Source: Eledone cirrhosa
Lineage: Eukaryota
Assembly: GCA_964016885.1 (NCBI GenBank)
Contig: OZ024754.1
Coordinates: 39,060,001 to 39,124,000 of the forward strand
Length of the DNA: 64,000 nt
Direction: 5' to 3'
Below are positions 14,401 through 28,843 of this stretch, piece after piece. The notes under the pieces were generated by a model. The model was not told the origin of the DNA, made no database searches, and saw only the letters and a list, made by a program, of their open reading frames with translations. Numbering within the stretch: position 1 is the first letter of the stretch; every line of letters starts with the position of its first letter. A program made the translations under genes and the position numbers.

Positions 14401-15319
14401 GTTATTGTTTAGCCCAAAGTCATGGTTGATCAAAGGCGTTTCATTCAGTGACCATCCTGTCTTGGTATATCAAAGACTATTTTAACATACAATTGTATGT
14501 TTGTGTGTGATGTACGTATTTTTTATGTGTATGACAGAGAAACACATATAGGTGAGTAATAGACATACACACACATAGATGTATGTACATATGTATATAT
14601 GTACATATATATATATATTGAGCAGAATATGTATATATGTATGTATATATAGAGAGCGTAATCCTTACAAAGAGAATATGGAATGTGTATGTATGTGTCA
14701 AGACGAACGTGAGATTACGGACGTCTTTCTGTGCGTATATACACACACTCATAGATAAATATGTGAGTGTGTGTGGATGTAAGTAAAATCTAATACTATT
14801 ATGTACTATTTTCTAATGAACACCTCCCACACATACACATACACACACATCTAGATGGCCCACAAGGTAGCTAGCAAACATTACCATCTTTTCTTTATGT
14901 AGTATAGTCGAGATCAACCCCTTCTGTTAAATTCTAATAGATAGTCATAGTCATAGTACCAACCACCTGTTGAGTTGCTTCCCACGTTGATATGGGTTGG
15001 ATGGGGCTGTCAAGTTCTGAAATTAGACAAGTCAGATGACCACATCTTGCTCATTCATTCCATTCTGTCGTGATATCTATAGCTGGATGCCCTTCCTAAC
15101 ACCAACCACTTTTACAGAGTAGACTGAGTGTAGATACATTTTATCGTGTCACCAGCACTGTAACTTTACAGTGTCAGGCCTGTCAACTCTCTCCTTCCGG
15201 CGGAGGAGATCTCCCACCCACTTTTGATAGGTATAGCTTAGTAAAATCTCCCCATTTTGCCTCATTTCTCCCCGTTTTGGGTTATTAAAGGTTAGCAGGT
15301 CTACACAGTGTACCAATTC

Positions 15320-15360
<41 letters not shown>

Positions 15361-16239
15361 GTTTTAATATAGATGAGATTCTACAGGACTAGAACTGTTT
15401 CATTCTTTAGAAATCATCAGGAATATATATATATATACGAATTACACATTAGAGTAGTGTAGTTGGTGTGTATGTATGTTTGTAAACATATATACATACA
15501 TACTTAGCTATTTATTTACCCCCTTTCACATTTAGGCAAGTAATACACTGATTTTTTTAAAAACACTAAATGGTAGTTTTATGAGGAACTTGTCTATATA
15601 ATATACGCTATTTATAAATGCCCACATCGTCTACATTTTGTTCTTAATGACATTCCTTGCATATTCCATAATTAAACAAATTTAATTATAATTATAAAAT
15701 GATGACATATAGCTGGTTAATTAATTAAAGATATGTAAACTTTTTTTAACGGTATTCTTTCTACACCTAATACTGCATCGTTTTCTGGAAATGGTTGAAA
15801 TTATTATATAAAGAAACTAGGGAAACGACGAGAAAGGATGTAATGTGTGTGTGTGTGTGTGTAGCACTATGAAGGGTTAATTTATGTGGAAGAATCGATA
15901 CCGTTTTCGACGGAGAACCCAAATTCTGTCCAATCACGCTCCATAAGGATGATGTTGATAAAAAAAGAATTAGAACGAGAAAGAAATGCGAAGGAACAAC
16001 TGGGGTGAGGGGGCATTTTTCAGATGTAATAATCCAACTATTTTTTTTTTATCTGATTTTGGTCAGATTTAGCTGCTATTTCTAGCAGGATGAGTCACCA
16101 TGTAGTGGCTTCCTCGTTGGCTTGGATTGTTCAAAAAAGATGCCATAAAGGTGCCTATTTCATACGAGAGAAGGGAGGAGCAAAGAGAGAAAGAGAAGAG
16201 AGAGTAAAAGACAAAATGATTGAGAGTGAATGACTGGTT

Positions 16240-16272
<33 letters not shown>

Positions 16273-16986
16273 AGGAGAAAGAGAGAGAAGGAGAAAGAGA
16301 AAAAGAAAGGAGAAAGAGAGAAAGAAAGAAGGAAGGAAGGAAGGAGAGAGTGGGGGGAGAATGATGGCAGAATATATTTTCCGAGAATGAAGGAAATTGG
16401 TGAAATTGGTTTAATTGCTTCAGCAATCGAAGACAAGGTGGGTGCAGGAGGGAATGTTGGCGTGGAAACAGAATATCAAATATTATTAATCTGGGAAGAG
16501 GGAGGGAGGTATTCGAAGATGTACAGCGATCGAACAACTTCGGAAATATTGTTAACTAATCCAACTTTTACTCAGTCCATCCCATCTTCAGCGAAATGAC
16601 AATAACCGCTTCTAATTTAGGTACAAGCCAGCAATTTTTTTTTTTTTTTGTAAGGGAGAGTACTTGATTGATACTATATTTTATCGATCCCGTAAGAATG
16701 AAAGGCAAAGAGTTGAAACAGATACCACTAGACGTTTTGTCCGACGCCCTATCGATTCTGTCAATCCTAATAACTGTTTCTACTTTAGGCACAAGGCCAG
16801 CAATTACCCAGTACATTACTGGTACTTTATTTTATCGACCCCGTATGAAAGGCAAAGTCAATCCTAATAACATTATAGGAACACATTAGCTAATCACACA
16901 CTGCAATTGAACACAATGTCATACACACTAATATTTATATGTGTGTGTGTGTCAGTAATACAAAGCTATATATATATATATATATT

Positions 16987-17125
<139 letters not shown>

Positions 17126-17535
17126 AGTCGATATCCATTCGTGTATCTTTATTTCTATAAAATACATCCACACGTTTGTTGTCAAGGTATGTTTACGTGC
17201 TGCACGCTCGCTTACATGTATATATATATTTATACACACACGCATACATGCATGCATGCATACATTATCATTATGCACAACGCACACATATATACACACG
17301 CTTATATGTATATATACATATCTATTTTCACGCATAACACTAAATACACGCATACGTACAAACTGGTTTTCATGCATACATTTCCTCGCATGCTTACATA
17401 TCCTTACGTGTACACTCACATAAACATATACATATATACATGTTTGCACGTATACATATCTATCGTTACACATACACAAACATATATGTATATGAACGCT
17501 TACATGTATGCACACATATCTATCGTTACACACAC

Positions 17536-17572
<37 letters not shown>

Positions 17573-17593
17573 TATGTATACTTATCTATCCTT

Positions 17594-17638
<45 letters not shown>

Positions 17639-19411
17639 TATGTATACTTATCTATCCTAACATATAAAACTCATATACATACACATATATACACACACGC
17701 TTACATATATCTATCCTTACACATGCATGCACACATATATTAAGACTAACTCAGTGACATACATACACGTTCACAAAATAATATGTAATAAAGTAAACAA
17801 GATTCATTTTCTGAAGTGGTCGAATGATTGAACGGGAAAATGGTAAAGTCAAAACGGTATGTAAAGACCATAATATAAGGAAGCTGAGAGGAAATCATTG
17901 AAGAACTCTCAGAGAGGCCAACCACTCGTGACTTCCATTGGAAGAGATGAACAGGCGGAGGAAAGCAGAAATTAACGATAATGTCTTTTATATTGAAGAT
18001 GTTTTATCAAATGACACACACACAAGCACAAGCTTGGAGTGTTTGAAACTGAGATAAACAATGTGCTTATGTATTAGATCGGTGGTTGTTAGAAGAAACC
18101 CAGGTCACATTCCTTCCCATACAATCCTAGGTTTCTCTCCCGCCCCTCCGTATTCAATTGTCATCTAAACCTCAATAATTGTTTATGGTTCTCAAAACAC
18201 CCTTATCACATCCCTCCACTTACAATTCCAGACTTCTGCAATTCCTCTCGCATCTAGTCATTTTTCACACGGGCTAAACCTCAATAACTCTATATAATCC
18301 AGTGGTTTTCAGAAACTTGGGTCAATCCCATGTTTCTTCAATTTTTCTCCCATATTGAATTGTCATCAACTTTTTTTTTTTTTTTTACCCGAGCTCCATA
18401 TTAATATATTCAAGTTTTTTTTCAAACCTCAATAATTGTATAGTTTTATAGTCTCAAACGGGATAAAGTCTGAAGAAGTATTTTTTTTTTCTTTCTATTT
18501 GTAAACTGTGTGTATGTAAAAGAATATGAGAAAAAAACAACTAAATGTGTAGGGGTGAAAAAGAGAAGGTCGGAGAGAGTGAGAGTACTGGTCGGCAACT
18601 TGTCAAATTAAATTAAGAAAAATGTTAATAAAAATATGTATTATAAACTCACAAAAGTATGGAATGACGACAGACTAAGAAACGACAAATTAAAAAGACA
18701 TTGACAGGGTTGGGGATTATTTTTAAACAGATAGACGAACACAGAAATACATAGGACTCACTGACAATATGTAAATACATAAGTAGATAGACTTGACAGA
18801 ACATATATAGAGAGACAGATTATAGATATAATATATATATATATAATTTATGATATAAAAAGCATGCAGGGGATGTAATATAAAGCACACTTTCCAGATT
18901 GCAACAACAAAAAATTGAGATATATATTTTTTTAAATATGCATATATACATATACGTACCTATATATATATACATATACGTACCTATATATATATATATA
19001 TATATATACATACGTACATACATATATATAGGCATACGTACATACATATAAGCATACGCACATATATATAAGCATACGCACATATATATATGCATACGTA
19101 CATATATATATGCATACGTACATATATATATATGCATACGTACATATATATATATGCATACATACGTCCATACATATATACATACGTCCATACATATATA
19201 CATACGTCCATACATATATACATACGTACATACATATATACATACGTACATACATACATACGTACATACATACATATATACATACGTACATACATACATA
19301 TATACATACGTACATACATACATATATACATACGTACATACATACATATATACATACGTACATACATACATATATATATACATACGTTGATACATATATA
19401 CATACGTACAT

Positions 19412-19446
<35 letters not shown>

Positions 19447-20044
19447 CACATGTATATGTACATTACATATAACATACGTACATACATATACATACGTACA
19501 CATATATATATATACATACGTACATACATACATATATACACACATACATATATACATACGTACACACATATACATACGTACATACATACATATATACATA
19601 CATATATACATATATACATACGTATGTACATACATATACATACGTACGTACTCATATACAAAGATAGATAGATAGATAGATATATAATTAATCAAACATT
19701 TTTAGAAAAATCACATAAGCGCAAAAAAATGAGAACGGCTGCTGGTGTGAGGCTGATGTGTTAATTTAGAGATGGATAGATAGACAGACAGATAGAGAAA
19801 GAGAAAGAAAGAGTGGAAAACGGAGAGATCTTCATACCTAAGAGGCTCAAATCAAACTAAATATTTTGCTAATGTAATATATATTATTATAAAAACCCAG
19901 GTTAAGACGCATTTCCATTATTTGTTCAATGTGTGGTGGAAAATGGCCTAAAGTGTCTGGTCGAAACTAAAATAAAATTCAGTGCCAGAAACTTTAATAC
20001 ATTTTGAAATATATATGGAAATGCATATTTCTCTACCTCGGTTC

Positions 20045-20119
<75 letters not shown>

Positions 20120-20218
20120 CATTGCATTAAATTATATATTAGTTAATCGAAGTGGATAGATTGATTAGCTGGATTAATATGTAGAGGTGTACAGTCTAAT
20201 GAGTCAGCCAAATCCTAC

Positions 20219-21704
20219 CTTCTAATGTCGACTGTGGTTGTGCTTCTTTAGGTTGTTCTGTAAAATTAGGACCTGTTTGTACTGTGGGTTCTGATGAGGA
20301 ATCGGGTTCTGAGGAAAAGCGGTTCTCGTTGGTGCTTGGAGTGTTATAGAAAGTAGGTGGTGCTTGTTGGTGTTTAATGGTGATGCAGTATGGATCGGGA
20401 TCGACTTCGGCTAGTTGAGGGCTCGAAATCAGAGGGGACGGTTGTTTAGGTGGACTAATAGAGGAGCTAGCCGATGTTACGACAGGTGTCGACATTAGCA
20501 GTGATGGTTGCTCAGGAATTTCATATCGCTGATGGTCAGAGTACTCAACATCATCATCATTGTCACTACCAGCGACTTGTACATCATCATCATCATCACC
20601 CGCCACTTCATGGGCTAGATCGCTTACAAACTGACCGCTAGGAGTTGCAGTCTCAACAGATGAGGCAACTTCGTCATAGCTAAAACTAGTGACAGGGGCG
20701 GATGGTGACGGCGGTTTACCTGCATCACTGGTGCTAGTAATGAAAGGATCTGAGGGTATGAATGGGGGTGAGTCCACGATTTTGCCTTCGTCGGACTGAG
20801 AAACTGTCGCAACATCGTTTTCAGCTGTAGAATCAAAGGGGGAAACTTCTGAGTGGAAGGGTGCTTGAGGGGCTGGAGATGTTTGAGATGACAAAGAGGA
20901 GGGATCTAAGGGGGAAAGTGGTGGTGCCTGGACATTATCTGAAGATTTATCAATCGCGTTGGCTGAATCAGCCACAGCAGAAGAAGTCGAGTAAACAAAA
21001 TCATTATCTTTAACCACATCTACTTCATCATCTTCAATATTATATTCGATGAGGGAACTTTCTCCATCGTCATCTTCGTCATCGTACTCGTCTTGACTGT
21101 GTTGTTGGTCCTCACCATGTTGCGATGTAAGCACAGTCTGACCTCTAACAAGACTATCATGGTCACATTTCTCATAATCATCGCTGTCAGACTCTCCACT
21201 GTCAACCTCGTCATCTTTAGACGATGGTTCAATAAAATGGTGCTGTTGTTGGTGTTGCGGTGCTGGTGGTGAATCAGACCTTCCATAATTACTATTGTCA
21301 AGATTAAAATTTTCTCCGGTGTCACGAGTATCGACTTGAACATGACTAGCATTATAGTTACCGTCATGATCAACGGGGTTAGAAGTATTATTATAAATTA
21401 GCTCACCCGGGGTATAGGATGAAGACTGAGCCGAATTGATGCTGCCGCTGCTGGTGGTATTCGAACCTGGATTAACCGTGTTGCTTGAGGTGATGTGCGA
21501 GTCAAAACCAAAGTCGTCATCCAGAGGATTAGACGAAGAAATTGATCCAGAAGACATCTGATGAGGTGCTGACGGTTGAGGTTGCAGAGGTTCCGATTGG
21601 AAAGCAGTAGAACTGTAATTATCCAAGCTGCCTAAATGGCTATCTCCGATGAGGTTGCCAACTGAATCCGGCTGGGTCATGTTATTAATACCTTCGTCAG
21701 CCAT
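20219..21704 (-). CDS. Large first coding exon of a host gene encoding an acidic, Ser/Pro-rich disordered N-terminus (possibly a long reticulon isoform)
   Basis: A 502-codon non-repetitive ORF with ATG in strong context (gagccATGG). Splice donor AG|gtagga after codon 495 (phase 1) at 20218, seven codons before the in-frame stop. No transposon motifs. The family assignment is inference only. Confidence 0.85.
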
Positions 21705-22730
21705 GGCTCGTTTGCTTTATATATTTGCGTGTGTTGCACTAATGAAATACGTAGGGTTGTTGTTGTTGTTGTTTTGTCTGAAGGCCAAATTACTAGCTCT
21801 TTCAGTAATCCTCCTCAGTTGAGAATATTTTTGTTTTTTGTGATTTTTTTTTTTTTTTTTCAGACAGGTCGACTTACTGAATGAATGAGAAAACAAGTCT
21901 TTAACCTCTCAAGATCGGTATATACAGTGGATATACACCATATACATATACAGGGTGGGGGGGGATTTGATAAATATTGGTGAATTTAAATTTTATGGAT
22001 GTATGTATGTGTGCGAGTATTTAATTTAAAATCTACACACTAAGTATATATATATATATATCCAAATATCCTGTTTAGGGAGTTTTTTGTTGTCGTTTTT
22101 TTTTTAATTTTAAAACATGCGAAAAATGAACGGATTTGTCCGTTGGTGGTTGACCCAGCGGGGTTTGTTGAAGTGTAAAGTACAGAACAGTTGTCTATAA
22201 TTGAAGTGGTGAACAACAACGACGACTACTATAATACAGCTACTGACTGACTGGCACTAATATAGAGACTGGTGGTCGTTGAGGAAGAAAGGACTACCGC
22301 AGTGAGAGCAAGAAGGGGGAGGAGGAAGAGTTAGTAGCAGCGCGGTGGGTGCAGCTTACGGAGCGGGGAATGGAGGTGGCGGTATCAGAAGTGAGTGACT
22401 GACGAGGTAGGAGGTACTTAACTTAGTAGAAGGAGGTAGTGGCGGTGTCAGTAGTAAGTGACTGACGAAGTAGGAGGCACTCGACTTAAGAGGAGGAGGA
22501 GGAGATAGTTGTGGTGTCAGTAGGTAGTGTATGAGGAGGTAGGGGTAGTTAACTTAGTAGGAGGAGGTAGTAGTGGTATCAGTAGGTAGTGACAGACGAG
22601 GTAGGAGGCACTCGACTTCACTGCAGCAGCAGCAGCAGCAGAGTACTGACCTCTGAAGCAAATCAATTGGTTCTTCATATAGAAGACATTTGGCGCTAAG
22701 AAGTCCTAGCTATGGAATCCGGGCTGCAGT
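21705..22730 (-). promoter_or_regulatory. Putative 5' UTR and promoter region of the minus-strand gene
   Basis: TE-poor stretch immediately upstream of the ATG, with a locally GC-richer segment at 22260-22730. The TSS cannot be located from sequence. Confidence 0.4.
22370..22620. repeat. Imperfect ~60-bp tandem repeat, ~4 copies
   Basis: ggaggt.g.gg.ggt.tcagtag...gtgactgacgaggtaggagg.act..actt recurs four times. Confidence 0.75.
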
Positions 22731-23899
22731 ATAATTTTCGCTCCAATAGACACGACTACATAATTTATTAAATTTATTTTTTCTTTCTCTCTTCTTTTCA
22801 CTTGGTTACGTTTTTACTATTACGCAATATTTTCCTACTATATCTGTCTATTTACTCTAAAAGGAATATATTTCATTAAAGAATCTATAGAAGCTAGAAT
22901 GAATGAGTAAAATGAAAATCTAGCTGTATTATATACTTCACACTATCTGATTTATTCGTCTTCATAATCTTCATTTATGGGAATTTGTATTACAGCTTTA
23001 TTCTTTTTTAATATATGTTATATACATTTTCATCAAATGTATGTATGGTGGCAGTTGACTAACAAAAGACGCTATTTATCGATTTATGAGAGACTATAAT
23101 AGACTATATATATATATATACTTATAAAAGGGAAATTTGTTTCTACGTTGACCGCTAATAACACTAAATAAAATTGATAATAATGTTTTTTGTGTGTTTT
23201 CAACTAATCTGACCTCCAATAAGCTTGCTGTCAACATTTTTTCCGAAAACAGAGTGGGGAGAAGGGGCAGCTGTAGGAGAATTTACTGCTCTTTCTAGCA
23301 CGCAGATGCTGTCTGTTTGTCCGTCATCTATATACATATGTATAAAAAGGAAGTTTGTTTGTACGTAAACCGCAAATAACACTAAATAAAATTGATAATA
23401 ATTAAGGATTTTCGTGTTTTCGGCTAATATGACATGCTCGCAATCGACTTTTTTTCCCCAAAAACGGAATATGGGAGGGACTTCGAATTTTCTCAGCCTC
23501 GGAGATTTCTTCTGTGAGAATTTTTTTCTTTTCTAGACTTTTTCCTTTATTTTCGAACAATCTGACATCCGACTCACTCGTCAACGACTCCAAAGGCAGG
23601 GAGTGAGGGGGACCCTTGTAGTTACAGATAAGCACTTCTCAGCTGTTTAAATTTATAGAAAAGCACCTGCTAAGGATCAAGAAGACATTTTTTTTCATAA
23701 GTTTTTTCGAATGTTTTCAACTAATCTGACCTCAGATTGCATGCTTGCAATAACCTTCTTTTCCGAAAACAGAATGGGGGTGGGTAACCCTCGGATTTCC
23801 TCAGCCTTGGAAATTTCTTCAATGTGAATAAGAGAGGCAGGAAGGGAACCCCTATTAGCACTTTCATTACCATATTTCTCATGAAATATATTGAATGTT

Positions 23900-24122
23900 T
23901 CAATTAATTTGGGTTTCTGATTTAGGCACAGGGCCATCAATTTTGGAGGAGGGGAAAGTCGACTAAACGTCCCCAGTGCATTACTGGTACTTTATTTTAT
24001 CGACCCTGTAAGAATGAAAAGCAAAGCTAATCTCAGCAGGATTTGAACTCAGATCGTAAATGGCCATAACTTTATGCCATATAGCATGTTGTCTGACACT
24101 CCACTGATACTGCCAACCCACC
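23900..24122 (-). mobile_element. tRNA-derived SINE, family A-like
   Basis: Reverse complement of the family A consensus (ctggtactttattttatcgacc...gatttgaactcag...gatactgcca). Confidence 0.8.
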
Positions 24123-24185
24123 ATTATGTTTCAATTAATTTTGAAAACAATTTGAATGGTTTTTGTAAAATAACATTTTCATTTA

Positions 24186-24564
24186 ACTCTTTTGACACCA
24201 CCTTACCTCACCCCAAACCACTTCTGCTGCTGAGGAATAAAACCACATATTTTAAACTGTTCTATTTTAAATTAAAATTTTTCAACAATTTTATATAAGA
24301 ATCTTTTGTTATGTTAGAAATTCCATCATAATAATTGATTTGTTTTTAGTAAATCCCTCCAAATTTTTCATTGATTGTTCCAAATACAGTGTATTTTATT
24401 AAAAATATGTTAACAAAAGGGTTAATTTTAGTGTTAAGAACATAAGAAAATAAAGTTTTGCATAAAATTATGACTAAAAGTTTTAATTTAGATATGATCA
24501 CTTTAAAATGAGCAGTTTTATTACAAAACCAGGGGTGGTTTCAGGCATGTTGGTATCAAAAGGG
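24186..24564. mobile_element. piggyBac-like MITE(s), TTAA-flanked
   Basis: Ends ttaa|ctcttttgacacca ... tggtatcaaaaggg|ttaa, plus an internal aaaagggttaa end at 24415-24425 that suggests nesting. Confidence 0.55.
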
Positions 24565-24941
24565 TTAATACTATTGAAATACATACATCATTTGTATTGT
24601 GTATCAGTTGTATCCTGTTATTTGTCTGTTGAGAGGTGCAAGAGTCTAGATTGATGAATATTTCTTCCACTATATTCAGTTAGTTATTTTTATATATGAT
24701 GTCAGTATTGTAACTAATGGGATTGTCTACCTTACAGTGATAACCCCTCCTTGAAACTACATATCATGAGTTACTGTGGTGCCTTGAAAATATAGAATAT
24801 ACTAGTAAGTATATTTTAGACACAGCGAGCGAGTTTTAAATTAAAAATAGAAATGGCCAGGCTGATACCAAAAAGTTATTAAAGAATTGCTATTTTAGTC
24901 AATCTTTTCAGATTCTTAGTGATTTTCAAAGTTAAACTTCA

Positions 24942-25172
24942 CCCTTTAGCATTTAAACCAGCCATATCCGGCCAGAATTCTCTCACCTCTTTCTGTTCAA
25001 AATGGCTGTAACTGGCCACTCACACTGATGTTAAGGTATTGTTCTCAAAATAAATAATATCTAATAATATCTAAATCTCATAGATTCAATATTATGTGAG
25101 ATAATTATCTGAGTTAAAGTCTTTACCATCAAAATACAATAGTAAATATAGAATAATGCAAATGCTAAAGGG
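24942..25172 (+). mobile_element. piggyBac-like MITE (TIR CCCTTTAGCATT)
   Basis: TIRs ccctttagcattt/aaatgctaaaggg, followed by TTAA. Two further copies at 26200 and 26563. Confidence 0.85.
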
Positions 25173-25723
25173 TTAACAGATGGAAATATGGCCTAGAATG
25201 GGTTAAAAATATTAACATTAATATATGATTGTTTCTTGAGCTCTAAATAAATAATGTGTAAACATATTTGGGTGTGGTGGTGGGTTTCTAAGAAACATTT
25301 ATGTGTTCAAGAGTCATGCAGCCTTTTTAGAACAGTAAGACACAAATATTTTAGTGAAAAAGGATGCCATTTTATCAGAGGTAACATTCCCATAGATCTA
25401 TCTGCTTACCTATTTTCTGCCAGATATTTTCTCAACTGAACACATAGACATAGACTAAAGTGTAGCAAAAACCCAGGGATATCATGAAGTGTGCCTAGAG
25501 AAAGACAGGCTTAGTATTATAACTTTGGTAATACTATATCTTATCAACATAGTTATGTACACAAACAAACAATCATACATACACAGCTCATACACATATA
25601 CACACACATACAACATACACCAACCTATTTACATAGATGCATATGTGAGTTATATATGTATATATATACATATACATATGCACACACACATATATATATA
25701 TACATACATACACATATATACAT

Positions 25724-25763
<40 letters not shown>

Positions 25764-25873
25764 TTGGCACCGTAAGTTGTATACATACATACATACAAAC
25801 ATATACATGTATACATACATATAGATATATATGTGTGTATATATGGTTGTATATATACTTATGTGTGTATATA

Positions 25874-25904
<31 letters not shown>

Positions 25905-25914
25905 ATATATATCA

Positions 25915-26100
25915 TTGTCACCATTGGCATCTCTTTGTGGATGTGAAGAACTCCATTCCATTCAAGGTATCTATGTGTTCTAAGACGGCTGTATAAACCT
26001 ACGTATGACCTGAAATAACACTGACATTGAGGACGTGGGAATTGGGGCACAGCTGAGTCTAAGAATCTTTGTTTTCTGTCATTATTGACTGGCTTCTTCC
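25915..26100 (-). mobile_element. RTE LINE 3' fragment with degenerate C-terminal C2H2 finger
   Basis: FPRPQCQCYFRSYVGLYSRLRTHR resembles the C-x2-C...H-x3-H tail of RTE ORFs, followed by a short 3' tail. Confidence 0.55.
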
Positions 26101-26199
26101 TATCATCATATTCTTCTCACAGTCTCTAGATTAACACTTTTCATACGAAACTGGTAAAAACCCACCTCTGATTCTATGAAATAACAGCAAATATTTCAA

Positions 26200-26420
26200 C
26201 CCTTTAGCATTTAGATTACTCTATATATACTATCGTATTTTCATGGTAAATGTTTTACCTCATATAATTATCTCACATAATATCTAATCTATAAGATTTT
26301 GATATTATATATTTTGAGAACAATACCTTAACATCGGTATGAGTGGCCGGTTACGGCCGGTTTGAACAGAAAGAGGTGAGAGAATTCAGGCCAGATATGG
26401 CCAGTTTAAATGTTAAAGGG
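26200..26420 (-). mobile_element. piggyBac-like MITE, reverse orientation
   Basis: Same TIRs. The internal sequence is the reverse complement of 24942-25172. TTAA at 26421. Confidence 0.85.
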
Positions 26421-26562
26421 TTAAAGAGATCCTCTCTAAATTAAAATCTTCCAACCTAATTTGATATAAGAGCCTTTAATTATGTTACAAATATAAAGAC
26501 AGCTCTGTCTCATTCTAGTGAAACCCGCCTCTGATTCTATGAAACAAGTGCAAGCGTTTTAA

Positions 26563-26781
26563 CCCTTTAGCATTTAAACCAGCCGTATTCGGTCAGAATT
26601 TTCTCACTTCTTTCTGTTAAAACTGGCCACAACTGGCCAATCATACTGATGTTAAGGTATTGTTCTCAAAATGAATAATATCAAAATCTCATAGATTTGA
26701 TATTATGTGAGATAATTATGTGAGGTAAAGCCTTTACCATGAAAATACAATAGTAAATATAGTAATGTAAATGCTAATGGG
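26563..26781 (+). mobile_element. piggyBac-like MITE
   Basis: ttaa|ccctttagcatt ... aatgctaatggg|ttaa. Confidence 0.85.
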
Positions 26782-26857
26782 TTAAAGGGATACTGTCCAA
26801 ATTAAAAACTCACAACTTAATTCGATATAAGTGTCTTTTGTTATATTACAAATGTAA

Positions 26858-27353
26858 GGGTGGTGGATTGACAGTATCGGTAGAGGGTCGGACGCCATGC
26901 TTTCCAGCATGGTTACATCCCTTTATGGTCTGAGTTCAAATCCCGCCGAGGTTAACTTTGCCTTTCATTCTTACGGGGTCGATAAAATAAACTACCAGTA
27001 ATCATCATCATCATCATCATTTTACGTCCGCTTTTCCCTGCTTGCAAGGGTGGGACAGGAACTGATTCTGGGTTGATTTCTACAGCTGGATGCCCTTCCT
27101 AACACCAACCTCATTTACAGTGAGTGCTGGGTGCTTTTTTGCCGTGGCACCTCCACGACCACTTTGCAGTGGAATGATAGGGACCCCAGTCCCTATCATC
27201 TCATTTCTACAGCTGTGAAATAAAGTGTCTTGCTCAAGGAAACAACACATCACCCGGTCTGAGAATTGAACTCACAACCTTTCACTAAGCCATGTGCCTC
27301 CATCAGGATGTACTGGGTAATTGCTGGCCTTGTGCCAAAAGTAGAAACAATTA
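26858..27353 (+). mobile_element. SINE family A interrupted by nested minus-strand repeats (27002-27305)
   Basis: The SINE breaks after ...taccagtaat at ~27001 and resumes atgtactgggtaatt at ~27308. Confidence 0.75.
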
Positions 27354-27791
27354 TATTTCAAATGTAAGGAGAGTCTCATCCTAGTGTGCAGAAATGAGAG
27401 GTGGTCTCAGTAACAGATCATTTTGTTCTGTTGCTAGACATTTCAATATCACAGACAGACTGATAAGTATCAGTCTACAGGGGCAACATGAAATATATTG
27501 TCTTGCTCAAGGACACAAGGTACCACATGTTGTAGACAGGAATTGAATGTATGATCTTATGACAGTGAACCAAACATCCTAACCACTAAGCCACACACCT
27601 GCACTAAAACACCATCTTAATAATTTTAGTATATCCCTCAAAAATTCTTCATTAATTAATTAAAACACAGTGGGTGTCTTTAGAATTATGATCATAAAAG
27701 GGTTAGGGTTATTTTCAAAGCGATTGCATCAAACTTGATATATATATATGTGTGTGTATGTGTGTATGTATGTATATATGTATATGTATGC

Positions 27792-27839
<48 letters not shown>

Positions 27840-28642
27840 GTATGCATGTATATATATATATATAGGGCAGAAGAACTCATAAGAGTCAACGGCCACACAA
27901 AAATGTGTAAATATGTATATACATGTATACATGTGTATATATGTATATATATATGTATATACATGTATACATCTGTATATATATGCACGGGGACATAGAA
28001 ATAATCGGACTGGATACCCGATCGCCTAGTTAAACCACTGGGAGTGAAGGATCTCTAGCCTTTGTCAGGGCATTCTTCTAGGAGAAGCCAACTCAGGAAA
28101 CTGGGATTACTCCGACATAAAACCTGTGGCTCAGTAGTTACCGATGATGTTGATCTTTTCTTCAGAGAGTGGGATTGGGTCAGTGCACAGTCTTTACTCA
28201 CTTTAAAAAAATCACAGGCTCGGACGCCATGCTTTGCAGCAAAGAGTTACGGCCCTTTATGGTCTGAGTTCAAATCCCGCCAAGGTTAACTTTGACTTTC
28301 ATCCTTACTTGGTCGATAAAATAAAATACCAGTAATACACTGGAATAATTGCTGGCCTTGTGCCAAAAGTAGAAACAATTAATTAATAATTATTACTAAT
28401 GTTATATCGTGCAATGGCTATACTCGATAACGACGGGGCAGCCATCATATATATATTTTTTTTCATTTTACGTCCGCTTTTCCCTGCTTATATATATAAC
28501 TAACATATGCATCTATGAAAATATAATAGTACATATAGAGTAATGTAAATGCTAAAGGGTTAAAACAGATAGTTTAGTTTCATAGAATAGAATCGTAGAT
28601 TTGTCTGGGTTATCAGAAAACATACAAACACTTGTATACACA

Positions 28643-28673
<31 letters not shown>

Positions 28674-28798
28674 TACGTCTTTTATATTATTGTTCTGCAT
28701 CCTCCTGCATTGAACCACCTAGGTACTATGACATAACCTGTGTATTTGCTGGCATAGGCGTGCATCTGTGCGCTTATGTTAGTTGATATATTAAATTA

Positions 28799-28843
<45 letters not shown>

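Noticed and set aside
16155-16600. Short ORFs or an alternative first exon inside the presumed intron
   Set aside because: Largely (GA)n-derived, with no convincing splice donor or recognisable protein motif.
19839-19856. Possible minus-strand micro-exon (tttag...gtatga)
   Set aside because: It introduces an immediate TGA in the phase required by the upstream exon, and the polypyrimidine tract is weak.
27975-28215. Possible HDV-like ribozyme in an RTE 5'-UTR-like segment
   Set aside because: I could not build the nested double-pseudoknot pairing by eye. It would need a descriptor search.
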